64,000 nucleotides of DNA from the NCBI GenBank assembly GCA_050948665.1, contig JBMNEH010000001.1:1891079-1955078 (forward strand), written 5' to 3'. The notes beneath the pieces were generated by a model that saw only the letters and a program-made list of their open reading frames with translations, was not told the origin of the DNA and did not search any database. Made by a program: the position numbers and the translations under genes. The DNA comes from Christensenellales bacterium. Lineage in GTDB: Bacteria; Bacillota; Clostridia; Christensenellales; UMGS416. Numbering within the stretch: the stretch's first letter is position 1; each line of letters opens with the position of its first letter. Shown piece after piece: positions 39,925 through 48,878 of the stretch.

Positions 39925-41434
39925 ACGCCGCCTCCTTCTGCCTGCTGGTACCCATCATCATCATGCCGATATCTGTTATCTTGGCCTCTTTACGAGGTAC
40001 AAGGCCATTAATGCGTCCTCTGTACAGCACCATGATCCGGTCTGAAAACCGCAGCAACGCATCCAAGTCCTCGGAAATGAACAACACGGCGCAGCCGCTA
40101 TCCCGCTGTTCTACCATCAGACGGTAAATATGCTCTGTAGCCGCCATATCCAGGCCGCGGACGGGGTAACTCAGTATGATTACTTTGGGGTTTAGCCGGA
40201 TCTCCCTTGCGAGCAACAGCTTCTGCAGGTTGCCGCCGCTCATAAGGCGGACCGGAGCCTGTAAGGATGCCATCGATATATCATATTCCTTTACTGCGTC
40301 TTCGGTACGCTTCTTGGCCTCCTTATACCGCAGGAAGATCCCTTTGCTACGGTAATAGTCCCGGAGCATCATGTTGTCCACGGCATCCATATTCCCGATA
40401 AGGCCGGTCCCCAACCGATCCTCCGGCACAAAGGAAACACCTGCATTCAACCGCGCCCGGGGAGACAGTCCGGTAATATCCCTGTGATTCAGGAGTATCC
40501 TGCCTGCATGAGAAGGTTTCAGGCCGGCCAGCGCTTCTCCCAACTCCCGCTGTCCATTGCCGGCCACACCAGCGACGCCCAGTATTTCTCCTGCGCGAAG
40601 TGAAAAAGATACATCATCCAGCGCAGGCAGGCCGCCGACGGAAACTACAAGGTTTTCCACCTCCAGCATGGTTTCACCCATACGCCTGTCGGTATCGGCT
40701 TTGTTCTCCGCCGCCTTGGCTTCGCCCATCATCATCGCGGACAGGGCTGCGTAGTTGATATCATTCCCCTCAACCGTTCCGATGATTTTTCCTCGCCGCA
40801 TGACCGACACCCGGGCAGCGATATCCACTACCTCGGTAAGCTTATGGGTGATAATAATGATCGTACAGCCCTGCAACGCCATCTCCCTGAGGGTGTCGAA
40901 AAGCTGGGCGGATTCCTGGGGAGTTAGCACGGCGGTAGGCTCGTCAAGCACAAGGATACCGGCGTCCCTGTACAAGGCTTTCAATATCTCTACCCGTTGT
41001 TGCTCGCCAACGGACAGCCGGCCCACCACGGCGGAGGGGTCCACCTCAATATTGTACCGTTCACTGAGCTTTCGGATTTTCTCGCTCATGGATTTCTTCC
41101 CCAGTATAAAGGGATTCCTGGCATCTCCGAGGATGATATTTTCTGCAACGGTAAAAGCGTCCACCAGTTTAAAATGCTGGTGGATCATGCCGATGCCCTG
41201 CGCAATGGCGTCTCTCGGGGCAAAGAACCGCACCTCCTTTCCCCTTATCATCATCGTGCCGCTGTCGGGCTTGTATAAACCGGAAAGGATGTTCATCAGG
41301 GTAGACTTGCCCGCACCGTTTTCTCCCAGCAGCGCGTGCACCTGACCCGGATAAACATCCAAATCAATATGATCGTTGGCAATGACGCCGGGGAAAACCT
41401 TTGTCATACCACGCATGGATATAATCGGCTCCAT
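39902..41434 (-). CDS. Nucleoside/sugar ABC transporter ATPase, two NBDs (NupA/YufO type)
   Basis: HALLGENGAGKSTL, LSVGEQQRVEILKAL, GVAGNGQ, SGGNLQK; start ATG 41434. Confidence 0.93.
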   Translation of the reverse strand: MEPIISMRGMTKVFPGVIANDHIDLDVYPGQVHALLGENGAGKSTLMNILSGLYKPDSGTMMIRGKEVRFFAPRDAIAQGIGMIHQHFKLVDAFTVAENIILGDARNPFILGKKSMSEKIRKLSERYNIEVDPSAVVGRLSVGEQQRVEILKALYRDAGILVLDEPTAVLTPQESAQLFDTLREMALQGCTIIIITHKLTEVVDIAARVSVMRRGKIIGTVEGNDINYAALSAMMMGEAKAAENKADTDRRMGETMLEVENLVVSVGGLPALDDVSFSLRAGEILGVAGVAGNGQRELGEALAGLKPSHAGRILLNHRDITGLSPRARLNAGVSFVPEDRLGTGLIGNMDAVDNMMLRDYYRSKGIFLRYKEAKKRTEDAVKEYDISMASLQAPVRLMSGGNLQKLLLAREIRLNPKVIILSYPVRGLDMAATEHIYRLMVEQRDSGCAVLFISEDLDALLRFSDRIMVLYRGRINGLVPRKEAKITDIGMMMMGTSRQKEAAYEIYSHF

Positions 41435-41556
41435 TCGTCTCTCCCTGTCCCGCGGACTAGTGTCCGCGGTAAATACCTTTTTATTATGCCACAAAATTCG
41501 TCTGATAGCTATACTTCCCTAAAGATTTTCAGAACAACGAAATAATTTTCGGAAAC

Positions 41557-41588
41557 AAAAGAGCCGAAGTCAGCGGCTTCGGCTCCAG
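41557..41588 (-). terminator. Intrinsic terminator after proS
   Basis: gagccgaag/cttcggctc stem followed by ttttgttt on minus. Confidence 0.75.
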
Positions 41589-41599
41589 CGTGGCGGGAA

Positions 41600-43045
41600 T
41601 TAATAGGCTCTGGCCCAGTAGACCAGGTTTTTCGCTTTGCCGCCACAGCAGACGCAGGTATCGCCTATGCTTTCATCGGAAAAAGGTATGTTCCGGGCGG
41701 TGGCGGAGAACTTGTCTTTGATGGCATCCTCACAGGCCCGGTCACCGCACCACATGGCGCGGACATAGCCTTTGCCGTTGTCCAGCCGTTCCTCCATCTC
41801 CTCCAGGGTATGGACGTCATAGGTGTGGGCAGCAAGATAGTCCTCAGCCTTGCGGAGCATTCCCATATGTATATCATCCAACAGGGCGGGAATGCTCTCC
41901 GCCAGCCTCTCCAAGGGGAGGGTTGTCTTCTCTAGAGTATCCCGGCGCATGATGGTAGTTACGCCGTTTTCCAGGTCCCGGGGACCGATCTCCAGCCGCA
42001 GCGGAACGCCCTTGAGCTCCCACTCATTGAACTTATAACCGGGAGAAACCGTATCCCGGTCATCCAGGTGGATGCGGACACCGGCGGTCTTCAGCGTATC
42101 GGCAACATCCCGGCAGGCTTCCGTCACTCCTCCCTTGTGGGCGGCAATGGGGAGGATGACCGCCTGTATCGGTGCGATACGGGGAGGCACCACAAGGCCG
42201 CGGCCGTCTCCGTGTACCATGACCACAGCACCGATCAGCCTGGTGGTAACTCCCCAACTGGTCTGGTAGCCATACTCCAGCTTACCCTCTTTGGTCTGGA
42301 ACTGGATATTGAACACCCGGGAAAAATGCTGCCCCAGGTTGTGAGAGGTGCCGGCCTGCAACGCCTTTCCGTCCTGCATCAGCGCTTCGATGGAGTAGGT
42401 CGCGGCAGCGCCGGCAAACTTCTCTTTTTCGGTCTTCTGACCGGTAACCATAGGAATCGCCAGCACGTTCTCGGAGAACTCCCTGTAGACCTCCAGCATA
42501 CGGAGAGTCTCTTCCTGCGCTTCCTCTGCGGTGGCATGCACGGTGTGCCCCTCCTGCCACAGGAACTCGCTTGTGCGGAGAAAGGGGCGGGTCGTTTTCT
42601 CCCAACGAACCACATTCGCCCATTGATTAATCAGCACCGGTAGATCCCGGTAGGATTGTATCCATTTCTGGTACATTGAACATATGATGGTTTCACTGGT
42701 GGGACGGATAGCGATCCGTTCGGTCAATTGCTCATTCCCGCCCATGGTGACCCAGGCCGCCTCTGGCGCAAAGCCCTCAACGTGTTCAGCCTCCTTCATC
42801 AGAAAGCTCTCAGGAATGAACAGCGGAAAATAGGCGTTCTGGTGGCCGGTGGCCTTGATCCGATCGTCCAATTGACGCTGGAGATTTTCCCACATGCCGA
42901 AGCCGTAGGGACGGATGACCATCGTACCCTTCACGGGACCGTAGTCCACAATTTGTGACTGAAGGATCACATCCGTATACCACTGAGGAAAGTCCACCTC
43001 GGGATTTGTCAATACAGTGACAAACTGTTCATTTCTTTTTGCCAT
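41600..43045 (-). CDS. proS: Prolyl-tRNA synthetase (archaeal/eukaryote-like ProRS type common in Clostridia)
   Basis: FPQWYTDVI, GHQNAYFPLFIP, HVEGFAPE, RPTSET, FLRTSEFLWQEGH, QAGTSHNLGQ, C-terminal Zn CGD..C/CVCC, WARAY end. Confidence 0.97.
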   Translation of the reverse strand: MAKRNEQFVTVLTNPEVDFPQWYTDVILQSQIVDYGPVKGTMVIRPYGFGMWENLQRQLDDRIKATGHQNAYFPLFIPESFLMKEAEHVEGFAPEAAWVTMGGNEQLTERIAIRPTSETIICSMYQKWIQSYRDLPVLINQWANVVRWEKTTRPFLRTSEFLWQEGHTVHATAEEAQEETLRMLEVYREFSENVLAIPMVTGQKTEKEKFAGAAATYSIEALMQDGKALQAGTSHNLGQHFSRVFNIQFQTKEGKLEYGYQTSWGVTTRLIGAVVMVHGDGRGLVVPPRIAPIQAVILPIAAHKGGVTEACRDVADTLKTAGVRIHLDDRDTVSPGYKFNEWELKGVPLRLEIGPRDLENGVTTIMRRDTLEKTTLPLERLAESIPALLDDIHMGMLRKAEDYLAAHTYDVHTLEEMEERLDNGKGYVRAMWCGDRACEDAIKDKFSATARNIPFSDESIGDTCVCCGGKAKNLVYWARAY

Positions 43046-43057
43046 TTCTGCCTCCTG

Positions 43058-43270
43058 AAAAATAAAACCGCCCCGTAAAAGGGACGATTCTCATCGCGGT
43101 ACCACCCAATTTGGCATTGCTGCCCACTCGGGATCCGTAACATGGATCACACGCCGCCGTTGCTACCCGGCGGGGCTGGGATAGGTGGGATGAAGCGGCT
43201 CCGGAAGCGCTTTCACCTTCCGCGCCCTCTCTCCGCCGGAGATCCGCCGCAGTTTCCTTCCTGCGCCGAT
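43058..43270 (-). promoter_or_regulatory. T-box riboswitch (probable Pro specifier CCC) with terminator
   Basis: AATTGGGTGGTACCGCG (43095-43111), AGAGAG and GGTGAAAG stem-I motifs, terminator aatcgtccc/ggggcggtt + U-tract. Confidence 0.88.
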
Positions 43271-43275
43271 AACGT

Positions 43276-43304
43276 ATCCTACCACAGATAAGATCAAAAC
43301 GCAA
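43276..43304 (-). promoter_or_regulatory. Promoter of T-box/proS
   Basis: TTGCGT-17nt-TAGGAT on minus strand. Confidence 0.55.
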
Positions 43305-43684
43305 GTGCCTGAATCTGCCGGCAGACAATATCAAAACATCCATGATCCGCGCTCCGGCTGAACAGAGAAAAATGCCGAGTGAGAATTGTCCATCATCTCA
43401 TACACGAAATCGCCGGAAATGATATTCCCAATTTTTAAAAATGCCTCCCTGCTCTGCCGGCAGATCAATCCCAATGGTTGAGGCACGGGTTCAGCGCATT
43501 GCTTCCGGCTTTCCATACCCCGCACGGGAAAGTGCCGTTCGCGTTTTCCGACTTTTAGCGAGTTCTCCCCTGCTGTTTACGGCTTTCTCGGGCATCAGTT
43601 CTATCAGACCGTCACCCCGATCCCGCGCTTTACTTTATGCGACGGGGAGTATATGCTAAAGAGGAAAGGAGGAAAGGAGCCGCA

Positions 43685-44269
43685 ATGTCGGGTACAGATA
43701 AGAAAAACAAGGGCATCGTTCTGTGGAAACTCTTTATCAGCACATTGTATATCAGCGCCTTTACCTTCGGCGGAGGCTTTGTGATCGTTACCTTTATGCA
43801 GCGAAAATTCGTTGATGACCTGCATTGGCTGGAGAAGGACGAGATGCTTGATCTTGTCGCGCTGGCCCAATCCAGTCCTGGTGCCATTGCCGTAAACGCC
43901 GCAATCCTGGTAGGCTGGCGGATGGCCGGCTTTGCCGGAATGTTAGCGGCGGTCTTTGGTACCATACTGCCCCCGATGCTGATTCTTACCGTGATTTCCT
44001 TTTTCTATGAGGCTTTTGCCGAAAACCGGTATGTGGCTCTGGTACTCAAAGGAATGCAGGCCGGTGTGGCGGCTGTCATACTGGATGTGGTATGCCGTCT
44101 CGGCTGGGATGTGCTCAAAATGAAAAAGATCCTGCCGATCGTGTTGATGCTGGCTGCCTTTGTAGCCACCTTCGTGTTTCGTATTAATGTCATATACATC
44201 ATATTGGCTGCGATAGCAGTGGGCATCCTGCTGGAAATATGGAAGCGGCGAAAGGAGAAACTGGTATGA
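43685..44269 (+). CDS. chrA: Chromate transporter (short-chain CHR, subunit 1)
   Basis: FTFGGGFVI, AQSSPGAIAVN; start ATG 43685. Confidence 0.92.
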   Translation: MSGTDKKNKGIVLWKLFISTLYISAFTFGGGFVIVTFMQRKFVDDLHWLEKDEMLDLVALAQSSPGAIAVNAAILVGWRMAGFAGMLAAVFGTILPPMLILTVISFFYEAFAENRYVALVLKGMQAGVAAVILDVVCRLGWDVLKMKKILPIVLMLAAFVATFVFRINVIYIILAAIAVGILLEIWKRRKEKLV

Positions 44270-44832
44270 ACTACATTCAGCTGCTGTGGAGTTTTCTCCA
44301 AATCGGTCTGTTCAGTGTCGGCGGCGGATACGCCGCCATGCCCCTTATCCAAAGTCAGGTCGTTGATAAGTATCATTGGCTCACAATGAGTGAATTCACC
44401 GATCTTATCACCATCGCGGAGATGACGCCGGGGCCGATTGCGATCAATTCCGCCACCTTTGTAGGGCTGCGTATCGGCGGCATATTGGGCGCTGTGATCG
44501 CCACTCTCGGCTGTATCCTTCCCTCCTGCGTCCTGGTTTCCCTGATGGCCCGGGTCTACTTTCGTTACAAAAATGTCTCGGCGATGCAAAATGTGCTGGG
44601 CAGCCTCCGTCCGGTCGTGGTAGCGCTGATTGCCGGTGCCGGTCTCTCCATATTTGTACTGGTAGCTTTCGGCGGCGCGCCGGTTAGCTGGCAAAGCCTT
44701 CGTTGGGAGGGGCTGATGCTGTTCGCCTGCGCCTTCGCCGTATTGCGGGCGTTCAAATGGAATCCCATTCTGACTATGGCGCTTTGCGGCGCCGCCTCTC
44801 TGTGTTTCGGACTGCTTTCCGGAGCTGTTTAG
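44266..44832 (+). CDS. chrA: Chromate transporter (short-chain CHR, subunit 2)
   Basis: FSVGGGYAAMP, AEMTPGPIAINSATF; ATGA overlap with subunit 1. Confidence 0.92.
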   Translation: MNYIQLLWSFLQIGLFSVGGGYAAMPLIQSQVVDKYHWLTMSEFTDLITIAEMTPGPIAINSATFVGLRIGGILGAVIATLGCILPSCVLVSLMARVYFRYKNVSAMQNVLGSLRPVVVALIAGAGLSIFVLVAFGGAPVSWQSLRWEGLMLFACAFAVLRAFKWNPILTMALCGAASLCFGLLSGAV

Positions 44833-44845
44833 AAGCAAAAAACAC

Positions 44846-44880
44846 GCCCTTTTGACGAGAATTCAAAAGGGCTCTCTTTT
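44846..44880 (+). terminator. Intrinsic terminator after chr pair
   Basis: gcccttttga-cgagaat-tcaaaagggc followed by tctctttt. Confidence 0.6.
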
Positions 44881-44882
44881 GC

Positions 44883-44911
44883 TTGACAGAGCTTGACACA
44901 TACGTTATAAT
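44883..44911 (+). promoter_or_regulatory. Consensus sigmaA promoter of rpoB
   Basis: TTGACA-17nt-TATAAT, with a second TTGACA inside the spacer. Confidence 0.85.
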
Positions 44912-45073
44912 TGATTGCTGACTTACACTGGGTCAGTATGCAGTTGATTACTTTCCCTTCGCATAAACGCTTGCGAAAAGATGTGTCACCCGGCCGCTGC
45001 GGAGGATGATTTCTAAGTTCTCCGGGAAATGTGAAAATCCTGCTCACCAATAAAGAAAGGGTGTAAAACAGGA

Positions 45074-48000
45074 ATGCAAAGTACCATTCATCCGGTCACC
45101 TATGGAAAACGCACACGCATGAGCTTTTCCAAGGTGAAAGAGATCCTGGATATTCCGGATCTAATCGAGGTGCAGAAGAAGTCGTATCAGCATTTTTTGG
45201 ATGTGGGGCTGCGCGAAGCGTTCAATGACATCTCCCCCATTCAGGATTACATAGGCGCCCTAAGCCTGGAGCTGGTTGACTACCATCTGGACAAGGAACC
45301 GAAGTACTCCGTAGAGGAGTGCAAGATTCGCGATGCAACCTGGTCCGCTCCGATGAAAGTCAGAGTGCGGCTGAAGAACAACCTGACCGGGGAAATAAAA
45401 GAGGCTGAGGTCTTCATGGGGGAGTTCCCTTTGATGACTGATCAGGGCACCTTTATCATCAACGGCGCAGAGCGCGTCATCGTTTCCCAACTGGTTCGCT
45501 CTCCCGGTGTGATTTTCGGGACTAGTGTGGATAAGAACGGCAAACTGCTGGCGAATACTACTGTGATCCCCAACCGCGGTGCCTGGCTTGAGTACGAGTC
45601 CGACAGCAATTCCGTACTTTGGACTCGTGTTGACCGTACTCGAAAACAGCCGGCGACTGTGCTGCTCCGCGCCCTGGGCTACGGCACCGACCAGGAGATC
45701 ATCGAACTGTTGGGCGAGGAGGAACATCTTCTGGCTACCTTGGAGCGCGACACCGCGAAGACCAAGAGGGACGGTCTTCTGGAGATTTACCGCAGGCTGC
45801 GTCCCGGCGAGCCTCCCACGGTGGAATCGGCAGAGGCGTTGCTGACCTCACTATTCTTTGACACCCGCCGGTACGATCTGGCGGCCGTAGGCCGGTATAA
45901 AATCAATAAGAAACTGTCGCTAGCAACCCGTATCACCGGACAGACCCTCGCAGAGGATGTGATCAGTCCTTACACGGGCGAAATTGTCGCTGAGGCCGGT
46001 ATCTATGTGGACGAGCAGCTAGCGGCTAGCATACAGCAGTCCGGTGTCCGATCGGTGGATATTGCGCTGGACAATCATGTACTCAGAGTGGTGGGCAACC
46101 AATTCGTAGATGCGCAGCCCTACCTCCCCGAGGGTGTAACCGAAGAAGAGTTGGGCATCACCGAAAAGGTGCATTTCCCCACGCTCATGAGTATATTTGC
46201 CCGGTACAGCGATCCCGCCGAGCTGAAAGAAGCGCTCCGTCTGAACGTGGACGCTCTGGTTCCCAAATATATCTATCGTGATGATATCGTTGCAGCTTTG
46301 AGCTACCAGTTGGGTCTGTACTACGGCATCGGTCGCCGGGATGATATCGACCATCTCGGAAACCGCCGCCTTCGCAGCGTCGGTGAATTGCTGCAGAACC
46401 AGATTCGCATCGGTCTTTCCAGGCTGGAGCGTGTTGTGAAGGAGCGTATGGCCATTCAGGATCTGGATAATCTGACTCCCCAGGCACTGATCAACATCCG
46501 CCCGGTTACCGCGGCGATCAAGGAATTCTTTGGCTCTTCACAGCTGAGCCATTTCATGGATCAGACCAATCCTCTGGCAGAATTGACAAATAAGCGCCGT
46601 CTGTCAGCTTTGGGTCCCGGCGGACTGAACCGTGACAGGGCTACCTTTGATGTCCGGGACGTGCACGCCTCCCATTACGGCCGTATCTGCCCCATCGAAA
46701 CACCTGAAGGCCCTAACATCGGCCTTATCGGCTCCCTCTCCATCTACGCCCGTATTAATAAATACGGCTTTATCGAATCTCCTTACCGGCGTATCGACCC
46801 GGTCACCCATTGTGTGACAAATGAGGTCCGCTATATGTCCGCCGATGAAGAGGATCAATATATTATCGCGCAGGCGAACGAGCCTTTGGACGAGCATGGC
46901 CGCCTGCTCAACGACATGGTCACCGTGCGTGCCCGCGGCGAGATCGTTGAGGTAAACCGTGACCGGGTCGAGTGGATGGACGTGTCACCCCGGCAACTGG
47001 TTTCTGTTGCCACCGCAATGATTCCTTTCCTGGAGAATGACGCTGCCAACCGTGCCCTGATGGGATCCAACATGCAGCGCCAGGCAGTACCCCTCCTTAT
47101 GCCCGAAGCTCCGCTGGTCGGTACCGGCATGGAGTATAAGGCCGCTCTGGATTCCGGCGCTTTGATCATCGCAAGAGAAAATGGCGTCGTAGAAAAGGTG
47201 GATGCTACCTGTATCCAGGTTCGCGAGGAAAGCGGTGAATTATATAAGTATAACCTGTCAAAGTTCGTCCGGTCCAACCAAGGTACCTGCATCAACCACC
47301 ATCCCATTGTTGTGTCGGGAGATAAGGTCACCAAGGGTGATGTGATCGCCGACGGACCTTCCACCGATATGGGCGAGATTTCTCTGGGTCGGAACATATT
47401 GATGGCGTTCATGCCCTGGGAGGGCTACAACTACGAGGATGCCGTGCTGATCAGCGAAAAGCTGGTGAAGGAAGATATCCTTACTTCCATCCACATTGAA
47501 GAATACGAGTGCGAATCCCGGGATACCAAACTGGGACCGGAAGAGATTACCCGGGAAGTACCCAATGTGGGCGAAGACTCCCTGAAGGATTTGAATGAGC
47601 GGGGTATTGTCCGCATTGGCGCCGAAGTCACCGCGGGAGATATTCTGGTAGGCAAGGTCACACCCAAGGGTGAGACCGAACTGAACGCCGAGGAGCGCCT
47701 GCTTCGGGCGATCTTCGGTGAAAAGGTGCGGGAGGTGCGGGATACCTCTCTCCGTGTTCCTCATGGTGAAAGCGGCATCGTTGTGGATGTCAAGGTTTTT
47801 AACCGTGAGAATCACGATGATTTGTCCCCCGGTGTAAACGAGACTGTCCGGGTCTATGTTGCCCAACGGAGGAAAATAAGCGTCGGCGATAAGATGTCCG
47901 GTCGTCACGGCAACAAGGGTGTTATCTCCCGGATACTTCCCGAGCAGGATATGCCTTTCCTTCCGGACGGCACACCCCTTGAAATCGTGCTGAATCCTCT

Positions 48001-48841
48001 GGGCGTACCCAGTCGGTTGAACATCGGCCAGGTGCTGGAGGTGCATTTGGGCATGGTGGCCAAACTGAAGGGCTGGCATGTTTCTTCTCCCGTATTCGAC
48101 GGCGCTTCCGAAGATGAAGTACTAAACCTGTTAAAAGAACAGTCTTGGGGCGAAGACGGAAAGGTGTGGCTCCGGGACGGACGCAGCGGCGAATACTTTG
48201 AGAATCCCGTTACCGTGGGTTACATGTATATGCTGAAGCTCCACCATCTGGTGGACGATAAGATCCACGCCCGTTCCATCGGTCCCTATTCTCTGGTGAC
48301 CCAGCAGCCTTTAGGCGGCAAAGCCCAGTTCGGCGGCCAACGGTTCGGCGAGATGGAGGTTTGGGCTTTGGAGGCCTACGGCGCCGCCCATACGCTCCAG
48401 GAAATTCTCACCGTCAAGTCCGATGACGTGGTGGGCCGCGTAAAGACCTATGAAGCCATCGTCAAGGGCGAAAATGTTCCAGAGCCCGGGGTACCCGAGT
48501 CTTTCAAGGTGCTGATCAAGGAACTGCAGTCCCTGGCGTTGAACGTAAAAGTTCTCAACGACGAGGAAAAGGAAATTACTATACCGGACTCCTCTATCGA
48601 GGATGAGGTGGGTGATTTGAGCATTACGCTGGAGGGAGATCTGGATTTGAGTGACGTTTTCGGTACGGATACCTCGGATGAGGATTCCGAGCTGGACGAC
48701 GATTTAAGTTTGGATATAGACTTGGAACTGGATGGTCTTGCCGATCTTCCCGGTCTGAGCGAGTTAGGCAGCGATTTGCCCGACTTTATAAGCACCTCTG
48801 ATGACAACAGCGAGGATCCCGATGATCCCGACGATCTGTAA
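45074..48841 (+). CDS. rpoB: RNA polymerase beta subunit
   Basis: [55 protein letters not shown]. Confidence 0.99.
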   Translation: MQSTIHPVTYGKRTRMSFSKVKEILDIPDLIEVQKKSYQHFLDVGLREAFNDISPIQDYIGALSLELVDYHLDKEPKYSVEECKIRDATWSAPMKVRVRLKNNLTGEIKEAEVFMGEFPLMTDQGTFIINGAERVIVSQLVRSPGVIFGTSVDKNGKLLANTTVIPNRGAWLEYESDSNSVLWTRVDRTRKQPATVLLRALGYGTDQEIIELLGEEEHLLATLERDTAKTKRDGLLEIYRRLRPGEPPTVESAEALLTSLFFDTRRYDLAAVGRYKINKKLSLATRITGQTLAEDVISPYTGEIVAEAGIYVDEQLAASIQQSGVRSVDIALDNHVLRVVGNQFVDAQPYLPEGVTEEELGITEKVHFPTLMSIFARYSDPAELKEALRLNVDALVPKYIYRDDIVAALSYQLGLYYGIGRRDDIDHLGNRRLRSVGELLQNQIRIGLSRLERVVKERMAIQDLDNLTPQALINIRPVTAAIKEFFGSSQLSHFMDQTNPLAELTNKRRLSALGPGGLNRDRATFDVRDVHASHYGRICPIETPEGPNIGLIGSLSIYARINKYGFIESPYRRIDPVTHCVTNEVRYMSADEEDQYIIAQANEPLDEHGRLLNDMVTVRARGEIVEVNRDRVEWMDVSPRQLVSVATAMIPFLENDAANRALMGSNMQRQAVPLLMPEAPLVGTGMEYKAALDSGALIIARENGVVEKVDATCIQVREESGELYKYNLSKFVRSNQGTCINHHPIVVSGDKVTKGDVIADGPSTDMGEISLGRNILMAFMPWEGYNYEDAVLISEKLVKEDILTSIHIEEYECESRDTKLGPEEITREVPNVGEDSLKDLNERGIVRIGAEVTAGDILVGKVTPKGETELNAEERLLRAIFGEKVREVRDTSLRVPHGESGIVVDVKVFNRENHDDLSPGVNETVRVYVAQRRKISVGDKMSGRHGNKGVISRILPEQDMPFLPDGTPLEIVLNPLGVPSRLNIGQVLEVHLGMVAKLKGWHVSSPVFDGASEDEVLNLLKEQSWGEDGKVWLRDGRSGEYFENPVTVGYMYMLKLHHLVDDKIHARSIGPYSLVTQQPLGGKAQFGGQRFGEMEVWALEAYGAAHTLQEILTVKSDDVVGRVKTYEAIVKGENVPEPGVPESFKVLIKELQSLALNVKVLNDEEKEITIPDSSIEDEVGDLSITLEGDLDLSDVFGTDTSDEDSELDDDLSLDIDLELDGLADLPGLSELGSDLPDFISTSDDNSEDPDDPDDL

Positions 48842-48878
48842 GTGACCGGCATTACGCCACAGAAGGGAGAGACGCTCA

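Noticed and set aside
43331-43640. Short ORFs between proS leader and chrA
   Set aside because: No convincing RBS or domain; divergent promoter region
43685-44832. Split chrA as a pseudogene
   Set aside because: Paired short-chain CHR genes with ATGA overlap are the normal architecture
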